Source: an uncultured Phycisphaerales bacterium | GTDB taxonomy: Bacteria; Planctomycetota; Phycisphaerae; Tepidisphaerales; Tepidisphaeraceae | Direction of reading: 5' to 3' | Length of the DNA: 64,000 nucleotides | Assembly (NCBI GenBank): GCA_963758525.1 | Contig: CAVWVQ010000005.1 | Span: 64,001 to 128,000 of the forward strand | Shown: positions 62,644-64,000 of the stretch, piece by piece | Numbering within the stretch: position 1 is the stretch's first letter | How the letters are laid out: each line of letters begins with the position of its first letter | Notes under the pieces: generated by a model | What the model was told of the DNA's origin: nothing | The model's database searches: none | Seen by the model: the letters and a program-made list of their open reading frames with translations, nothing else | Translations under genes and position numbers: made by a program

Positions 62644-62997
62644 ATGGCAAATGCACTGTTCGAGAACGTCAGCCCCCTGGCCCGGAAAAAATGCCAGGCA
62701 TGCGAAGGAGCATCCGGCAAGCTGTCCGAGATGCAGATTAACACTCTCCTCGGCGACGCCCCAGGCTGGGCATTCGCCGGCGGTGAACTCGCCAGAACCT
62801 TCAAATTCAAGAATTATTTCGAAACCGTCGCGTTCGTGAACGCGCTCGCGTGGATCTCGCACCGCGAAGACCATCACCCCGATCTCGAGGTCGGCTACAA
62901 CACCTGCAAAGTGCGCTACAGTACACATTCCGTCGGCGGATTGTCGGAAAATGATTTTATCTGTGCCGCGAAGCTGGAGGCGCTGCTGGCCCTCTGA
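62644..62997 (+). CDS. phhB: Pterin-4-alpha-carbinolamine dehydratase
   Basis: AAAGGAG RBS; FKFKNY, EDHHPDL, STHSVGGLSENDFICAAK. Confidence 0.93.
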   Translation: MANALFENVSPLARKKCQACEGASGKLSEMQINTLLGDAPGWAFAGGELARTFKFKNYFETVAFVNALAWISHREDHHPDLEVGYNTCKVRYSTHSVGGLSENDFICAAKLEALLAL

Positions 62998-63080
62998 CGC
63001 AACTCGTAGGGCGGGATTCATTCCGCCATCTTGACTCTGCAGCTTCACGACCATGCGGTCACGCCCGAAACGGCAAAGAT

Positions 63081-63180
63081 GGAACACAAATCCGCACGAA
63101 TGGGCACGAATGATCACGAATAGATGCGGGGGAAATTCGCTTCGTGAAGATTCGTGCTAATTCGTGTCGATTCGTGTTCC
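63081..63180. repeat. Inverted CACGAAT repeats with 10-bp period
   Basis: GGAACACAAAT-ccgCACGAAT-gggCACGAAT-gatCACGAAT ... four TTCGTG units ending GTGTTCC. Confidence 0.85.
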
Positions 63181-63224
63181 GCATTTTTCGGCCGTCGCGG
63201 GCCATGCGGAATCGAGCAGGGCGT

Positions 63225-64000
63225 TTAGAGATTCCCCCCGTGCAGGAAATACTCCATCAGCTCATGACCGCGAGAAATTTGCAAATCGCTTGCTGCGGCA
63301 TTCTTCTCTGAATACGGGTTGGGAACCAGGCATCTCACACGCGTCCCGGCCATCGCGAAAGGTGTCGGTGCGTAGCCGTGCTTGCGCGTGGCGATGTTGG
63401 TCGGATGATCCGGCATCACCAGGATGCGCCACTGGGGGAATGTTCGCAGCTTCTCCAGCACCGGCCCGACGACGTAGCGGTCGATGTGCTCGATCGATTC
63501 GACTTTCGTCTTCACGTCCGCCTGATGAGACGCTTCGTCCGGGGCTTCGATGTGGGAGAAAACCAGATCGTACTTTTCCAGCGCCTCGGCGGTGGCTTTG
63601 CCCTGGCCGGCGTAGTCGGTGTCGTGGAAGCTGGTCATTCCGTCTACCTCGCGGATGTCCCAGCCCAGCAACACGGCCAGGCCGCGCAGCAGGTCGACGC
63701 CGGTGATCATGCACCCTTTTTCGATGCCGAAGCGCTCGACAAAACTCGGCATGTCCGGTGCGTGGCCCTGTCCCCACAGCCAGGTTTGCGTCGCGGGGTT
63801 GTAGCCGGTCTGCAGGCGCACTTCGTTGATCTCGTTGTGGGCGAACAGCTCGCGGGATTCGTCCATGATCCGGCGGAGGATGTCGGAGCCGGCGCCGCGC
63901 GGGAGATATTTTGCGATCGGCTCGTCGGGGATTTCATGCGGCGGCTTGGTCGTGACGTCAAACTTTTCGCTGCCGCGATAGACCAGCAGATTCCGGTAGC
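63225..64000 (-). CDS. apgM: Cofactor-independent phosphoglycerate mutase (ApgM/AP superfamily), 3' part
   Basis: YRNLLV, PPH, WLWGQG, HIEAPDEASH, MPDHPT; runs off the window end. Confidence 0.9.
   Translation of the reverse strand, partial: YRNLLVYRGSEKFDVTTKPPHEIPDEPIAKYLPRGAGSDILRRIMDESRELFAHNEINEVRLQTGYNPATQTWLWGQGHAPDMPSFVERFGIEKGCMITGVDLLRGLAVLLGWDIREVDGMTSFHDTDYAGQGKATAEALEKYDLVFSHIEAPDEASHQADVKTKVESIEHIDRYVVGPVLEKLRTFPQWRILVMPDHPTNIATRKHGYAPTPFAMAGTRVRCLVPNPYSEKNAAASDLQISRGHELMEYFLHGGNL

Overview
High-GC bacterial chromosomal segment. The tandem prepilin/H-X9-DG (DUF1559-type) genes and a PVC-type CxxCH heme protein point to Planctomycetota, probably Phycisphaerae-like (inference). 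It holds mostly core or scattered genes: ispD-like, tRNA-Ile, idi, a two-component pair, hemC, YyaL, PP2C/STAS, comM, MBOAT/SGNH, P-II, truD, a sigma54 regulator, GGDEF, bioD, addAB, gmhB, trmL and apgM. Mobile or repeat DNA: (i) a complete ISKra4-family IS (8113-9610, perfect 23-bp TIRs, 8-bp TSD); (ii) a RAYT (REP-associated HUH transposase) locus with unusually long two-tier REPs, partly in a 192-bp tandem duplication, enclosed by a perfect 24-bp inverted pair from a second REP family; (iii) at least seven distinct REP/REPIN families; (iv) several intergenic hairpins built from inverted 7-, 8- or 10-bp tandem repeats; (v) a decayed hicBA toxin-antitoxin remnant. Many genes, including addAB, carry single-base frameshifts that most likely reflect long-read sequencing error. 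All product calls come from motif recognition by eye; no database search was run.
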